Notes: generated by a model from the sequence alone, not told the origin. Shown: positions 50,995 to 63,584, counted from the first letter of the stretch. The stretch is DNA of 64,000 nt from Camelus ferus (GCF_009834535.1 NC_045698.1:2482001-2546000), one strand, 5' to 3'. Program-made: numbers and translations.

Positions 50995-51549
50995 GTGTCC
51001 GTGTAACTGTCACAGGATGGTCTCTCCACACATGAAGACTGGGACCGCTCCAGTTAGGGTGTTGCTCTGGGAATAGCATTTGGAGAAGTATGATCTGCAC
51101 TATTTCCTGATGGGATCTGAACTGTTCAGCACAAGTGGAGACAGCCATGGGATTTCTGGAAACTTCCCTGTGGGTCATTATAATTAAAGAGCTCCGAACT
51201 TTTAGATAGCATACTTCAAGAAATTTACCACCCTCCTCAATCCACTAAAACCCCCCTTTGGGGTCTGCGGTGTTGGTTTGGGCCACCCAGCCCCCCCAGA
51301 CCATCCCCAGACCACGGCGATCGTAACTTCCTGAGGTTTCGGTTCTCCTTGAATCATCTACCAGCTGCTGTTGGTCACTCTAGCAGCTTTTATTTACGTC
51401 GCTTGTTTGTTTCTTTCTTTATGCCGCTTTTTTACGCCACTGTTTCAGCTAGACCTGCTTCAGCGACGTGACCTGAAATTTCCTGGAGTAGCACATATGA
51501 TTGGATTTCCTAGATGTAAGGATGAACGAACCACAGTACCATGCTGTAT

Positions 51550-51745
51550 TTCAAAGCACTTCACAGTTTACAAAGGCTTTCACATACGCTTTCCAAGAGT
51601 GGTTCTAACTTCACGCGCCCTGAGGGAGAGGTCCGCACTGCCATTTGTGGGGGCCGGGAGGCAACCAGGACGTGGGGAGAGGGAGTGACTTGCAAGAAGC
51701 TACCCCGTGATCGGGGTGAGGTGCAGCCTAGGCCTTGGAAGTCTA
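51550..51745 (-). mobile_element. MIR fragment
   Basis: AGCACTTCACAGTTTACAAAGGCTTTCACATAC...GAGTGACTTGC. Confidence 0.55.
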
Positions 51746-53066
51746 ATGAAGGAGTAGCTGGCATTTGGGATAAAATGCAGCATTTTATTCCCAGGTGGAA
51801 TTTGAGATCTATTTCTAGCACCATGTGTTTTCAAAACACACATGAATGGCAACCTTTTCAAGGATAAAGGTGAAGAATGTGGCATTTTTACTCTTCAAAG
51901 CATCACTGTCCCTGCCGGTTTTCCACGAATGCACCGCGGTTGCCACCTTGTGAGAGGATTCAGACCTGTTAAAGATCTTCCTCAAAGATCGATTTGTGAT
52001 CATGTGAGCTCGGAGGTTAGAATGAAGCGGTGTGTGAGCTGTCGATCCGCACACCAGGGGTGATCTTGTGAGGAAGAGCATTTATTTTCTCCACTTGAAA
52101 AAGGAGACACACGTGCTGTAGCAATCTTCTGGGTCAGATAATTGCAATGATCTTGGTTAAAGTGTAGAAAGGGTCAGAGGTCTGGCCGGGTCATAGTCTG
52201 CCCCTGTTGCCACCACAGCTTGTCTCCATTTAAGTAAAATAATGTAATTGGTTTGAGGACAGAGTTGCTTCCTGCTCACAGCACAGTCGAGCCTGTGGTC
52301 GGTGAAGAGTTGCCGACTTTCAGCTCAGCTCAGGTCATGGCCTGTGTCGGGGGCTGACTGAGACCCACCAGGACCTCCGAAATCACTCTCTGTGATTAAA
52401 AGCAGAGCAGCCAAGGACGGGCCCCCAGTCCAGTCCTGGACCGAGAACGGACAGCAGTGTGCCCTCCTCCAGCATCACTACCCTCCAGAGGCAGGAGGGG
52501 CATCGGATGTCATGGGGCATCCCCCTGAGGCCAGGACAGGGATCTGTGAGAAGAACACAGACCTGCAGTGTCCTCTCTCCCTCCTCCGTGGAGTGAGCAG
52601 GGGGCATGCACTGCACTTCAGAGTTTGCAGAGGATGTCCACACTGCCTGCCACTGCAGCTCCAGACGTGCCCAGCCTGCTTTGGCAAGTAAGTGACAGCC
52701 TGATGACCCAGATTCCTCCAGCGCCCCCCCCCACCCACAGCAGCCTGCTTGTGGGGACAGTCCTCCCCAACACAGGGGCCTTGGAAGAATGCGTTCAGAT
52801 GCAGGACTGGGCTTGGCCGTCAGCGCTTCTCAACAAGAGGCCAGTGGAAGGCAGAGAATGCGCTCCCACGATATGTAGAGGCGAGCGCTGGGATGCTGTG
52901 CTGGGTACAACAAGATCAACCGGGTCTAAAACCAGTGACAGAAAGACTCAGAAACGCAACCATAGAGGCAGGACCCGCGGGGCAGGCAGGAAGCGCTCCC
53001 ACCAGAAGCATCCAGCAGTGGTGGGGTCCCCTCGGCAAAAAGTTCCCGTCCAGTTCAGCCCCGCAG

Positions 53067-53335
53067 TCTACAAAGCCTTTATGACCTGACTCTGACCTTT
53101 TCACCCTCATTTCTGGATAATTCCTCACCGACTCTGTACCTCCGCCCAGGTCCTCTTTCCAAGCCTGCTGGAGATGACTGCCAGCAGGAGCCTTCCAGGA
53201 CCTTCCGGACGGGAGGCGCCTCCCACCACTTGGGTCCATTAGCTGAACTTCCCTCCGATACTTTCAGTCCAGCTTTACTGCCATCGACTTAACACACAAC
53301 CAAAGTATCTCTCTCTAGACTGTAACTCTGCAGGC
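53067..53335 (+). mobile_element. L2 3' fragment
   Basis: TACAAAGCCTTTATGACCTGACTCTG...TCTCTCTAGACTGTAACTC. Confidence 0.45.
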
Positions 53336-53344
53336 TTCTAGATT

Positions 53345-53715
53345 ATTTTAAGTACCCATTGCTATGTAACAAATCACCCCAAACCTAGTTTTAAACAACA
53401 ACTTACTATCTTTCCACTGGGTCCTTCTTTGCTCCAGGGCCACTCTGAAGCCCCTCCAGCCGGGAACTTGGGGGAACTGGTACATCAGGACGGTCTGCCG
53501 TCTTCAGCTGCCTCACCTCACACGGCCTGGGACAGCTTGTTAGTCATCCTGGGATGTCTTTGTAAGCCCCACGATGTCACCTCTGCCACATGCTTGGGTA
53601 AAGGAAATCACAAGGTCAGCCCACCATAGAGGGAAGTCACTCCACTTTTAACACAGGGGGTGGGCACAGCGTGCACTCGGGGAGGGGGACACTGGGGACT
53701 GTCTGAAGCATAGAT
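53345..53715 (-). mobile_element. Old MLT1-type LTR fragment
   Basis: ATTGCTATGTAACAAATCACCCCAAACCTAGT...TAAACAACA and GTCACCTCTGCCACAT...TCACAAGGTCAGCCCA. Confidence 0.65.
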
Positions 53716-53881
53716 TGCAGATTTCATTTCCATCTTGCTCACAGCCGTGCTCTCAGCAGCTGCTGAAGTGCGATTCATAGAGCAGTCAGTAGGAATTGAC
53801 TAAATGGAAAAATGTGCAAGGCCACGTTCCCTGGAGGGGTTCAGGGAGCATGGGGACCACACAGGAGCCACGTTCCAGGGG

Positions 53882-54228
53882 TGCAGTGGGCTGGATGTCT
53901 GGATGCCCCCAAATTTCATGGGTTGACATCCTAGCTCCCAATGTGACGGCCTCAGGAGCTGGGGCCTTGGGGAGAACATCAGGGTGTGAGGGCGGAGCCC
54001 TGTGAATGGGACTCACAGTGTGAGAAGGAACCAGGGAACTAGCCCGCCCCCTCCCCACCAGGTGAGGACACGGGAGAAGGCGGCCATCTGCCACCTGGAG
54101 GAGGGCCCTCCCAGAGCCCAGCCACGCCGGCCCCACGACGTTGGCCTTCTGCCTCCAGACGGTGAGACATGAGTGTCCGTCGTTTATAAGCCCCTGGTCT
54201 GTTACTGCGGCCTGAATGGACAATGACA
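53882..54228 (+). mobile_element. MaLR solo LTR (MLT1A-like)
   Basis: CCCCCAAATTTCATGGGTTGACATCCTA...GTGAGGACACGGGAGAAGGCGGCCATCT...GCCTCCAGACGGTGAGA...GAATGGACAATGACA. Confidence 0.85.
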
Positions 54229-54468
54229 AGGAGGGCAGACTTCAGACAGCAGGCACGTGTAGCCCGGTGACAGTCCTCAGCTGTGTGACCGGGCTGTCCC
54301 CCGGCTTCAGCAGCTCGTGAGGACACAGAGCAGGGTGACAGGAGAGGCGGGGTGAGGCACTGCAAGGGGAGGGGGGGGTGGCTGCCTGCCAGGGGCCTGG
54401 GGCACGCCGCATGCTTCATTCCAAAGGCAATCCCCTCCCACATCCACTCAGCCTCTCTGCGCCTTGTG

Positions 54469-55280
54469 TGTAACTGTGAGATCAGAGAACACGTATGGAT
54501 TTGGTTTCGGCCTGCGGCTCCCGGCACAGAGCTCCTCCAACCCTGTCATTTCCTGGGTGATAGGAGCATCTTTTATTCTAATGAGGGTGGGCTCCTGGAT
54601 GGGGGCGGGTCACCAGAAAGACCAAACCCGGACTAGAAGCTTGGGATTTCCAGCCCCACAGCCCATCCCCAGAGAGGGGAGAGGGGCTGGAAATGGAGCT
54701 GTCGATGGACCACCTAGCGAGGAGGTCGCCATAGAATCCCGATAGCGCAGGCTCGGCGCTTCCAGGTGAGTGAACACGTCCAGGTACCGGGATGGGGCGC
54801 GCCTCAGCTCCACGGGGACAGAAGCTCCTGCGCTCAGGACCCTGCCAGACCTCACTCTGCGCATCTCTCCACTGACTGCCCATGTGTGTCCGTCACATCC
54901 TTTAATAAACTGGAAAAGTGTTTCCCTGAGTGGTGTGAGCCACTCCTGCAAATTAACTGAAGGAGGGGCTGTGACACCTCTGATTTGTCGCTGAACTGGA
55001 CAGAAATTGGGGGACACCGGGGGACCTAACTTGCCACTGGCATCTGCATGGGGGCGGTCTCCTGGGACTGAGCCCTTCCCTAACCTGTGGGGTCGGACCC
55101 GCCTCCAGGTGGCCGGGGTCGGAGCGGAGCTGGGCTGCAGGACGCCCGGCTGGTGCGGCAGCACGGCCTGGGGTGGGGAAAACACCCACGTGTCTGGTGT
55201 CAGACGTGTTCTGAGTGTGACTGTGGCCTGAGAGCAAAGGGGGAACCTGGGAAAAACAATGTTTCTTTTTTTTTTATACA
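54469..55280 (+). mobile_element. MER21-like solo LTR
   Basis: TG...CA termini; GGTCACCAGAAAGACCAA, CTCCACGGGGACAGAAGCTCCTGCGCTCAGGACCCT and AATAAACTGG...AGTGTTTCCCTGAGT. Confidence 0.8.
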
Positions 55281-55479
55281 AAAATGTGTAAAGTGCATGA
55301 TGCTGACCATTTGTGAGGGACAAGGGAATATTTCAACTTTTTTAAAACACACCCCCCCCCCACCTCCCGCCACCCTTTGCCCGCGCAGCCTGGCGGGGCC
55401 GGAGCGGGGCGGGGCAGGCGTCCCTGGATTCAGCCCAGCACGTTCATCTCCGCGGCGGTTCTCACAGAGTGTCCATCGG

Positions 55480-55960
55480 GGGGAAATGTCTTTGCTGTCC
55501 CCGAAATATAAACGCCCCAGCTTCCTTTTACCCATTATTTTCCCAGAGCGTGATATTCTGTGATTCTCTTTGAAAAACATTGTATCGTTTTTGTCGAGAA
55601 GGTTTCTTGTCACAATTTTCTGCGTAAGAAGACAACCAAGTGCAAACCAGCAGCTCGGCCGCTCGCTCAGGGCAGCAGGCGCGGCCGGAGCCAGGCCCGA
55701 GGGGGCGCGCAGGGCCCCGCGGGACGGGAGAGCAATTACCTCTCCCAGCCGCGTATGCAATATTTTACACATTAAGTGCATCATTAATATATACAAACAC
55801 CACGTGTTGTACAGTATTTTATTAAATTCACTTATCTTGGCCTTTCACTTTATTATTGCATTACAGAATAAAAAGCACGGTTAACGTATCTTGTGTCAGA
55901 TAATTGCATTTCTTTTTTTCCCCTCCTTTCAGAAATATAGCTCACTCAGAGAATAACCAA
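55480..55960. promoter_or_regulatory. Candidate enhancer / conserved non-coding element
   Basis: No recognisable repeat; dense TCF, SOX, NKX, FOX, E-box, GATA and homeobox-type motifs. Confidence 0.35.
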
Positions 55961-56249
55961 AAAAGATAATTCAGATTCAGATTCAACTAAAATTAATCGA
56001 GCACTTACCATGTACCAGCCTCAGCGCTGGGAACATTTATATACACTGACTCATGAATGAGGAAACTATTATCAGACCCTGGTTTTGCACCAAGGCACAG
56101 AAATGAGAGGCATGATGATGCCGGAGGGAAGGGCTGGAATTTACGCCCCAAAGAGATTCTACTTCCAAAATGAGGCTGCCAGTCCTGTGCCCAATGCATC
56201 TCCTGCACAGATGGTAGAAAGAGAGCTGGGAACTTGGAAATCTGTGGGG

Positions 56250-57066
56250 AAGATATTATTACTGACAACTCGACAACAACGGCCAACTCAATTTAAAAAA
56301 ATGGGCAAAGGACCTGACTTAACATTTCTCCAAACATTTACAAATGGCCAGTGAGCACATGAGGTTTCAACGTCACTAACGACTAGGAGACTGAAAATCA
56401 AAACCGCAGCGCCACAGCGCGTCACACCTGCTAGGGCGGCCGCTACTGAAAACAGAGAAAGTGGGAGCTGGTGAGGGCGTGGCGACTCTGGGCCCCTGTG
56501 CTCTGCTCGTGGGGATGTGAAACGGAGCAGCCGCGGTGGGAAAAACTGGGACAGTTTCTCAAAAGAATATGGCCCAGTAACTCCACTTCCAGACATACAT
56601 GCAAAAGAATTGAAATCAGTAGCACGAACAGTCACTTGTTCACCACGTGTACGGTTGGTGGAACCTGAGAGTCCTTCAGCAGGTGACGGCTACACACCAT
56701 GGGGTGCCTGTAGAAAAGAATACTACTCAGACTTGAAGATAAATTCTGACATAGGCTGCAATGTGCATGAGCCTTGAGGGCGTCGTGCTGGTCACAAAGG
56801 ACAAATGTGTGACTCCACCTGTGTGGGATCCCTGGAGTGTCAAATCTGTAGAAACGGAAGGCTGAGTGGTGGTTGTCTGGGGCTGGAGGGGGTGGGGGTT
56901 TAATTTAATAGGGGCAGGGTTTCAGTTTGGGAAAATGAAAAAGTTCCGCAGATGGGGGATGACGGTCCTACAGCAACGTGAATGTATTTAGTGCCACAAG
57001 CCTGTGCTCGTAAAAATGGCTAAAATGGTAAATTGTACATCATGTATATTTTACCATGATAAAAAC
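56250..57066 (+). mobile_element. L1MB-like 3' fragment
   Basis: AAAAATGGGCAAAGGACCTGA...CATTTCTCCAAA; ends AAAATGGCTAAAATGGTAAATTGTACATCATGTATATTTTACCATGATAAAAA. Confidence 0.85.
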
Positions 57067-57399
57067 ATGATTACTTACGTAAAAACCACTCCTGCCGAAG
57101 TTTAGGGGAAAATGTGGAGAGAGCGTAATGCAGTATGAAGTGATGGGAGAAGCCTCAGACTTACAGATCTCCTGCAGACCGAAGAGGGAGAATGAAACCG
57201 AGAGCTACTTGGTCGTCTGGCTGAAGGACAGCTTCAATGCTGTGCGTAAATACCGATGTCCCGATGCAGAAAGATTTTAAGGGCAGTGACTGCTAATTCA
57301 GCCCCGGGGAGAAACCCCCGGGGGCCTCCCTCCCCGTTCTCTCCTCCTGCTGGGAGGCACTGCTCTGCCTCAGGTCCTTTATTTTTCCCTCCTCTTCCC

Positions 57400-58190
57400 T
57401 CCTGGTGCTCGACTCCCTCCTTCCCGCGGGGATCCCCGGGTGTACGGCCCACCCTGTCCCTAGACTGGCGTTTCGGGGCCGTGAGGTCGAGGTCACGATG
57501 ACGGGGATCACCGCCTTGGACGCTGACCTGGAAGCGGGACCTCTGTGCCTCCGGGCCGTGCAGGCGGCGCTGGGGACATCACAGCCGAGCGAGGACGCTG
57601 GGGGCCGGGTGGCCAGCACGGCCGAGCTGTTTGCCCCCGACCGCTTCCCTTCGCCGCCCGTCATCTGGGCGGAGTCAGAGGCGACATTCGAAGGCGAATC
57701 GCGGCTGAAGGGCGTCGTCCTGCGACCTCGGGGCTCACAGGGCTCTGGGGCAAAACCGTCCCCTGAGAGCACGTCTCCCTCGGGTAAACTTCGGGCGGAA
57801 CTAGGCGCCGCGGGACCTCGGGCCTGGCTCTCCGCGCAGGCGCTGTTTTGGTGCGGAGGGAGACGGGTGTAAAACGGCTGCGCGCCGCCTGAGAGCGGGA
57901 TGCGGGGGGGGGGGGGGCGGGGGCCCGCTTCCGCCCACGAGCGCTGGTTTGCAGGCTGCTGCTCCCGCTCTTTCCACACAGGAAAGGGAAAGGAAACGCC
58001 GTTGCTCAAGGCGTGGGATAGAAGCGCCTCGCCCCCGGGCTGGCGCGGGAGAAGCGGCGGGGGCGCCAGGTGGACGGCGCAGAACCGGCGCAGCGGCGCA
58101 GGAGGGACAGCCGGCCTGTGCGGGAGCCGGGGGCCTGCGCCCCGCGGCGCGGACGCCGGTTGCCTGGCAGTGCGCACTGCGCGCGCGCAC
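57400..58190. promoter_or_regulatory. CpG island-like region
   Basis: Visibly very high GC and CpG density over about 800 bp, with a G14 run at 57904-57917. Not a recognisable repeat. Confidence 0.7.
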
Positions 58191-58980
58191 ACACACATAC
58201 ACACACAACACACACACACCATACACACCACACACACATACACACAATGCACACACACCACACACACACCAGACAGACCACACACACATACACACAACAC
58301 ACACACACAAGCACACACACAATGCACACACCACACACACCACACAGACCACACACACCACACACACACCAGACCACACACACATACACACAACACACAC
58401 ACACAAGCAACCCACAATGCACACACCACACAGACCACACACACCACACAGACCACACACACCACACACACACCAGACCACACACACATACACACAACAC
58501 ACACACAACACACACACATACCACAATGCACACACACCAGACAGACCACACACACCACACACACCACACACACATACACACAACACACACACATACACAC
58601 AATGCACACACACACACACACACAACACACACACAACACACACATACCACAATGCACACACACCAGACAGACCACACACACCACACACACACACCACACA
58701 ACACACACACAATGCACACACAACACACACACACCACACACATACACACTGCACACACAACACACACAATGCACATACAACGCACACACACCACACACAC
58801 ACACCACACACACACCACACACACAACACACACACATACACACAAGCACTCACACAATGCACACACAACACACACACACCACACAACACACACATAATGC
58901 ACACACAACACACACACAACACACACACCACACGCAGCACACACAACACACACACAAGCACACATACACACACACAAGCA
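58187..58980. repeat. About 800-bp imperfect (CA)n array with higher-order units
   Basis: CA runs punctuated by recurring CAT, CAA, AATG and CCAGAC motifs; preceded by a GC dinucleotide run. Confidence 0.95.
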
Positions 58981-60234
58981 TGCCTGTGCGTGGTTAGGAA
59001 ATCTCAGGTGGTTTTGTTTCAGGCGGCGCAGGAATTCAGAGCCTGACTGCTAACATCCTGGGCCTTCCCTAGGCGTTGCTCAGACCACGAATTTGTCACT
59101 TTAGGAGGAAAGGTGACCTGCACTGAGGTGTTTTCATCCTACGCGTGGCAGGTCCCCCGTGTCTTGCGGGGGCCCCCTGAGTGCCGGGGGCAGGCAGCAC
59201 CGTCCTCGCGTCCTGTCTGAGCTGGGCTCGGACTCCGCCTCCGGGCGTCAGAAGCACGCAGCCCCTGCTCAGCCCTCGCACGCCGCACCACACGTCACAC
59301 AGGAGGGAACGAGCAGATGAGGGGGTTTCTAGACTAGGCCCAGAAACAGTGAGGTGAAGTGGGCTTCCAAACACCTGTGGGGGGACCCCTGCCAGGCAAG
59401 GTGAGTGTGAAGGTGGGACGGTGGCCAGGGCTGGGGGGCTCACGAGCAGATGGGGGCCAGGTATGAGAGGGAGGGAAACAGGGAGCAAGTACAGAGCAGA
59501 GGATGGAGACGGATGCAGGCACATGGGGAGTGGTCCAAACTCTGCACCTTGTCCCTCTCCAGGTAGGGAGGTCTGGATGGGGAACAGGTGACACATGTGT
59601 CTCTTTCACTCCAATTGTCTCCCCTTCAGTAAGAACTGAACAGCCTTCATCTCCTTGACACTTCCAGCAGGAAAGGACACAGCCAAGGGGGCAGGGGAGG
59701 GACCGGGATCTTAGATTCAGCCGTAGTTTTCACGTTGCCTCCATCTGCCCATGGAAGACAATGTGAGATTCGACAGAGATGCTTTGTTGGTCACCATTTA
59801 ATCAGTATTTCTGGTAAAAGTTTAGTTTGGAGATTACAAGGCTGATATATCAATTTAAATGCATAGTATAGCTTTCGATCTGAAATTTCCAGACAAGCTG
59901 ACCTTACTTTGGGCTGAACTGATATAAAACAGAAAAACATACATAAGAGCAAAACACGGTAAGTCTAGTTCCCACTTCAGAATTTGTGAGTAGAACTTTC
60001 CTGGCTATTTTTTCCCTCTTTCTGGGTAAAAATGAAGTAGGTTGGAAGCCAGGGGTAAGGACGTGCTGCCTTTAACAAGAAGCCCCATTTCCGTCTAGGA
60101 AATGGGTCGAGGCAGCAAGGCTGGCCCAGTCATATCCCCCGAGTGCCCGTTCTTGGCGCCTTCGGTGTTCAGAGCCTGCAGGGCAGTGAGTTCTGCCCTA
60201 ATTCATTCTCATGCCAAGATCCATTCACATTAAA

Positions 60235-61017
60235 ACCCACGTTAACACGCCTGCCAGAATGGCCCAGATCCAAAACACCAACAGCACCAGAGGCTGGAGA
60301 GGACGCGGAGCGACAGAGACTCTCATTTGTAGCTGGTGGGGACGCAAGACGGCGCAGCCACTTTGAAAGACAGTTGGCATTTCTACCAAAACTGACCATA
60401 TGACCCGGAAATCGTGCCCCTTGGTATTTACCCGAAGGAGTTGAGAACTTACGGTTACCCAAAAATCTGCCTATGATGTTTATAGCAGCTTTATTTGTCA
60501 TTGCCCAAACTTGAAAGCCACTAAGACATCCTTCAGTAGGTGAATGGATAAGTAAACTGTGTTGCCTCCAGGAAACGGAATATCATTCATTGCTAAATGA
60601 AGTGTGTTATCCAGCCATGAAAAGTCATGAAGGAACCTTAAAGGCATATTATTAACTGGAAGAAGCCAATCTGAAAAGGCTCCATACCGTATGAGCCTGA
60701 CTATATGACCCTCTGGAAGATGGTGGGAGACGGTAGAAAGATGAATGGTTATCAAGGGCTGAGGTGAGGCGGAGAGAACTTTCAGGGCAGTGAAAATTCC
60801 CTGTGTGGTGGGGTAACGATGCATGTCTTTTTACTTTTGTCCAAAACCAGAGAATGAGCACCACCAGGAGTGAACCTTCGGGTGATGTGCCGATGTCGGT
60901 TCACTGATGGTGCGGACATCGCACCTGACGGGTTCTGCTAGTGCGGGCGGCTATGAGCATGTGGAAACTCCACACCGTCCATGTACTTGTGCGGTGAACC
61001 TAAAAGTACTTTAAAAT
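60235..61017 (+). mobile_element. L1MC-like 3' fragment
   Basis: CAGCCACTTTGAAAGACAGTTGGCA...TTGGTATTTACCC...GAAGCCAATCTGAAAAGGCT...GTGAACCTAAAAGTACTTTAAAA. Confidence 0.85.
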
Positions 61018-61021
61018 GCAG

Positions 61022-61865
61022 TAGAAGATTTGAACAGACACTTTACTGAAAAAGATATAAGAATGGACAATAAGCACATGAAAAATCGCTCCACATCATT
61101 GGTCGTTAGAACATAAACTGTAATGAGACATCACTACACCCCTAGTAGAACGTCTGAAAAAGCCGGAGACAAACGAACAGCACCGCGTGCGCTAGCAAAT
61201 ACGTGATGGACTGTGAGGCGCAGACGCTGCCGGCAGGGGTGTCATCGGGCCTACCCGGTTTGGGAAACAGTTGGGGAGTTACTCTAAAAGTTAAACATAC
61301 ACTTACGCCATGACCCAGCCTTTCCACTCCTAGAGACTGACCGCAGAGAAGTGGAAACCGAACATCCACACAGACGCCTGGACACAAGTGTTCATAGCAG
61401 CGTTATTCATAACAGTCCAAAAGTGAGGCGACCCAAAGTTCCCCAGGCTGGTGAGTGGGTGGGCAGGGTGAGGTGCACGCCCACACATCACGCAGCTCGG
61501 CTGTTAGAGGAAGCAGCGGGGCGGCGGGGGGGGGGGGATCCACGCGGACACCCGCTGCTGGACTCGGGTGGATCTCAGAGGCCTGAGGCGAAGTGAAGAA
61601 ACCAGACGCGCAAGGACACCGAGTGCAGGGCTCCACTTAGGTGCCGTTCCTGGAAGAGGAGCACCTGCGGGGACAGAAGTCAGCCGAGGGACCGCCTGGG
61701 GTGGAGGGCGGGGCAGGGACGCTGTGCTGGGCGCCAGGCGCCCAGTGGGTCGGGGAGCCGTTCTCTGTCCTGTGGGCCTTTGTCAAAACTCATTGACTGT
61801 GGTCTTGGGCTTCAAGAGGCGATTTAATGTGTGTCAGCTGTAACTCAATAAACCTGATTTTAAAA
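61022..61865 (+). mobile_element. L1MB/ME-like 3' fragment with GC-shifted middle
   Basis: AAGATTTGAACAGACACTTTACTGAAAAAGATATA...AATAAGCACATGAAAA; ends ACTCAATAAACCTGATTTTAAAA. Confidence 0.8.
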
Positions 61866-62751
61866 TATTGAATTAGCAGACAAGTCTTTCCTAATTAGGT
61901 CTGGTTTTTACCACTCCCCTCTGGCAGAAGATAAAATGACAGTTGCTGTGTGGAGCTAAGGGGAGAAGGGGAGAGGTGGTGCCAGAGGGGCAGCGGGTAC
62001 CCTCCCCGGCCTGAGAACGGTGCCGGTGCCGGTGCTGGTGGGGAGGGTGCTCTCCAGTCACGACAAGGCTCAGCTCCTGGTCCGTCGGTGCAGTGGTGGG
62101 GGGCCCTCATGGCAGGCTGACGGAGGACACAGACAACAGCCTGGGGGTCCTGGGAACTGAAGGACCCTCCTCTCTGGGCTGAAAGGAGACCCTGGCCAGG
62201 GCTGCCTGCGGGCGCTGAGCGCGCGGGGCTGCTGCTCGGACAGCGGCCGGTGGTGATCCCCCCGCCGCGCGCTGTCCCACCGCCCGCAGCGTGTGCCCAG
62301 AGGACGCCAGATTCTGCTGGGGTCCAGAGCTGCGCCTCGCCTCCCCAGCTCCCCCCTGGCCCCCGTGTGCCTCCGTCACAGGTTGGTTTACTCTTCAAAG
62401 CCAGTCTCCTCTGCGTGCGTTTAGAACAGCAGAAGTTATTTTTATACAGAAGGGTTAACCTGTGACAAGGAGCCCTTCCTTCTGTGTGACTCTTTTTAAG
62501 ACACCCCTGGAAGAGACAGCAGCGGTATGTTTAACTTAATACTGAAACTTCAAAATGGCCACATGTAGCCGCTATATTTTTAAAATTCTGAAGCCTAGCT
62601 CCATCTCAGTGTTTCCTACATGTGTGAGATGAACTGCTCTGCTCCAGGGTCAAGCAACAGCGCCAGGTTTTAACTGAATGAAGATTTTATTTTCTCCCTC
62701 TTGAATCCCTCCGTGATGGTCTGTTCCACCCCCACCGCGTGGGTGCACTCC

Positions 62752-62782
62752 CGCGCGCGCGCGCGCGTGCACACACACACAC
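62752..62782. repeat. (CG)8-TG-(CA)n alternating purine-pyrimidine tract
   Basis: Directly visible. Confidence 0.95.
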
Positions 62783-63582
62783 TTCATTATTGCGCATATA
62801 TTGTCTTTTTTGGATCATCAGATTCCTAATCTTACCGTCTGTGGCCCAAGCTAGTTACAAGTGAAGGCCATTCAAGGCAAAGTCATACTTTATTACCCTT
62901 TATCAATCAATGAAATGAGTCTGATTCGGCTCATGCTATGGAAATCACATGAAAGCAAGAGAAACCCCTTCTGCCGTATCTGCCGTGGCCGCGCTCCACG
63001 CATAAGTGCAGAAATGGCATTTACGAGCCCACTCGTGTGAAGCTTGAGTAGGCAGATTCATGAAATTCGCCGAGATTTGGATTAAATTTAAACCATTCTA
63101 TACAGCTCTACTTTTGATTAAGGCTGTGTGTGCAGTGAAAAACCTCGCATTTGAATAGAACCTGGATCTTTAAGAACTTTGAATGTGTGCAAATCTAAAT
63201 TGAGCTCTGAGCTGGGTCTCACAGGGAACGGTGGGTCAATTCACATTTAGTATTAAAGCAGGGATGGAGCAGATAGCCCTCCATCCTTTTAAGTTTTAGC
63301 TCTGGATCAGAGTTTATTAATAACAGCATGAACAGAGAGACAACTCATTCCATTTCACTCATTAAATTATGAGACTTAAAGTTTCTAAACAGAGGATGCT
63401 GGTAAGACAATTGAAACTAGCAAAAGAGGAGGAAAAAAAGAGATTTTTATGTGTATCCACCCACACACTCACCCCCGGAAAAGAGCAGCTTACCAGGTGA
63501 CACTGAGTGACCTTTCGGGGCCCCGGGAACAAATACTCCTCTTTTTCTTAATGGTACCCAAGGACACATACTGTCATAATAC

Positions 63583-63584
<2 letters not shown>

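Noticed and set aside
57293..59046. Six long ORFs of 275-518 aa on both strands
   Set aside because: They are translations of the CA/TG array (His-Thr or Val-Cys repeats), which lacks stop codons.
28432..59406. Isolated consensus splice signals (donors at 28432, 36133 and 59401; acceptor at 45421-45437)
   Set aside because: A few are expected by chance and I could not link them into a coherent coding gene model.
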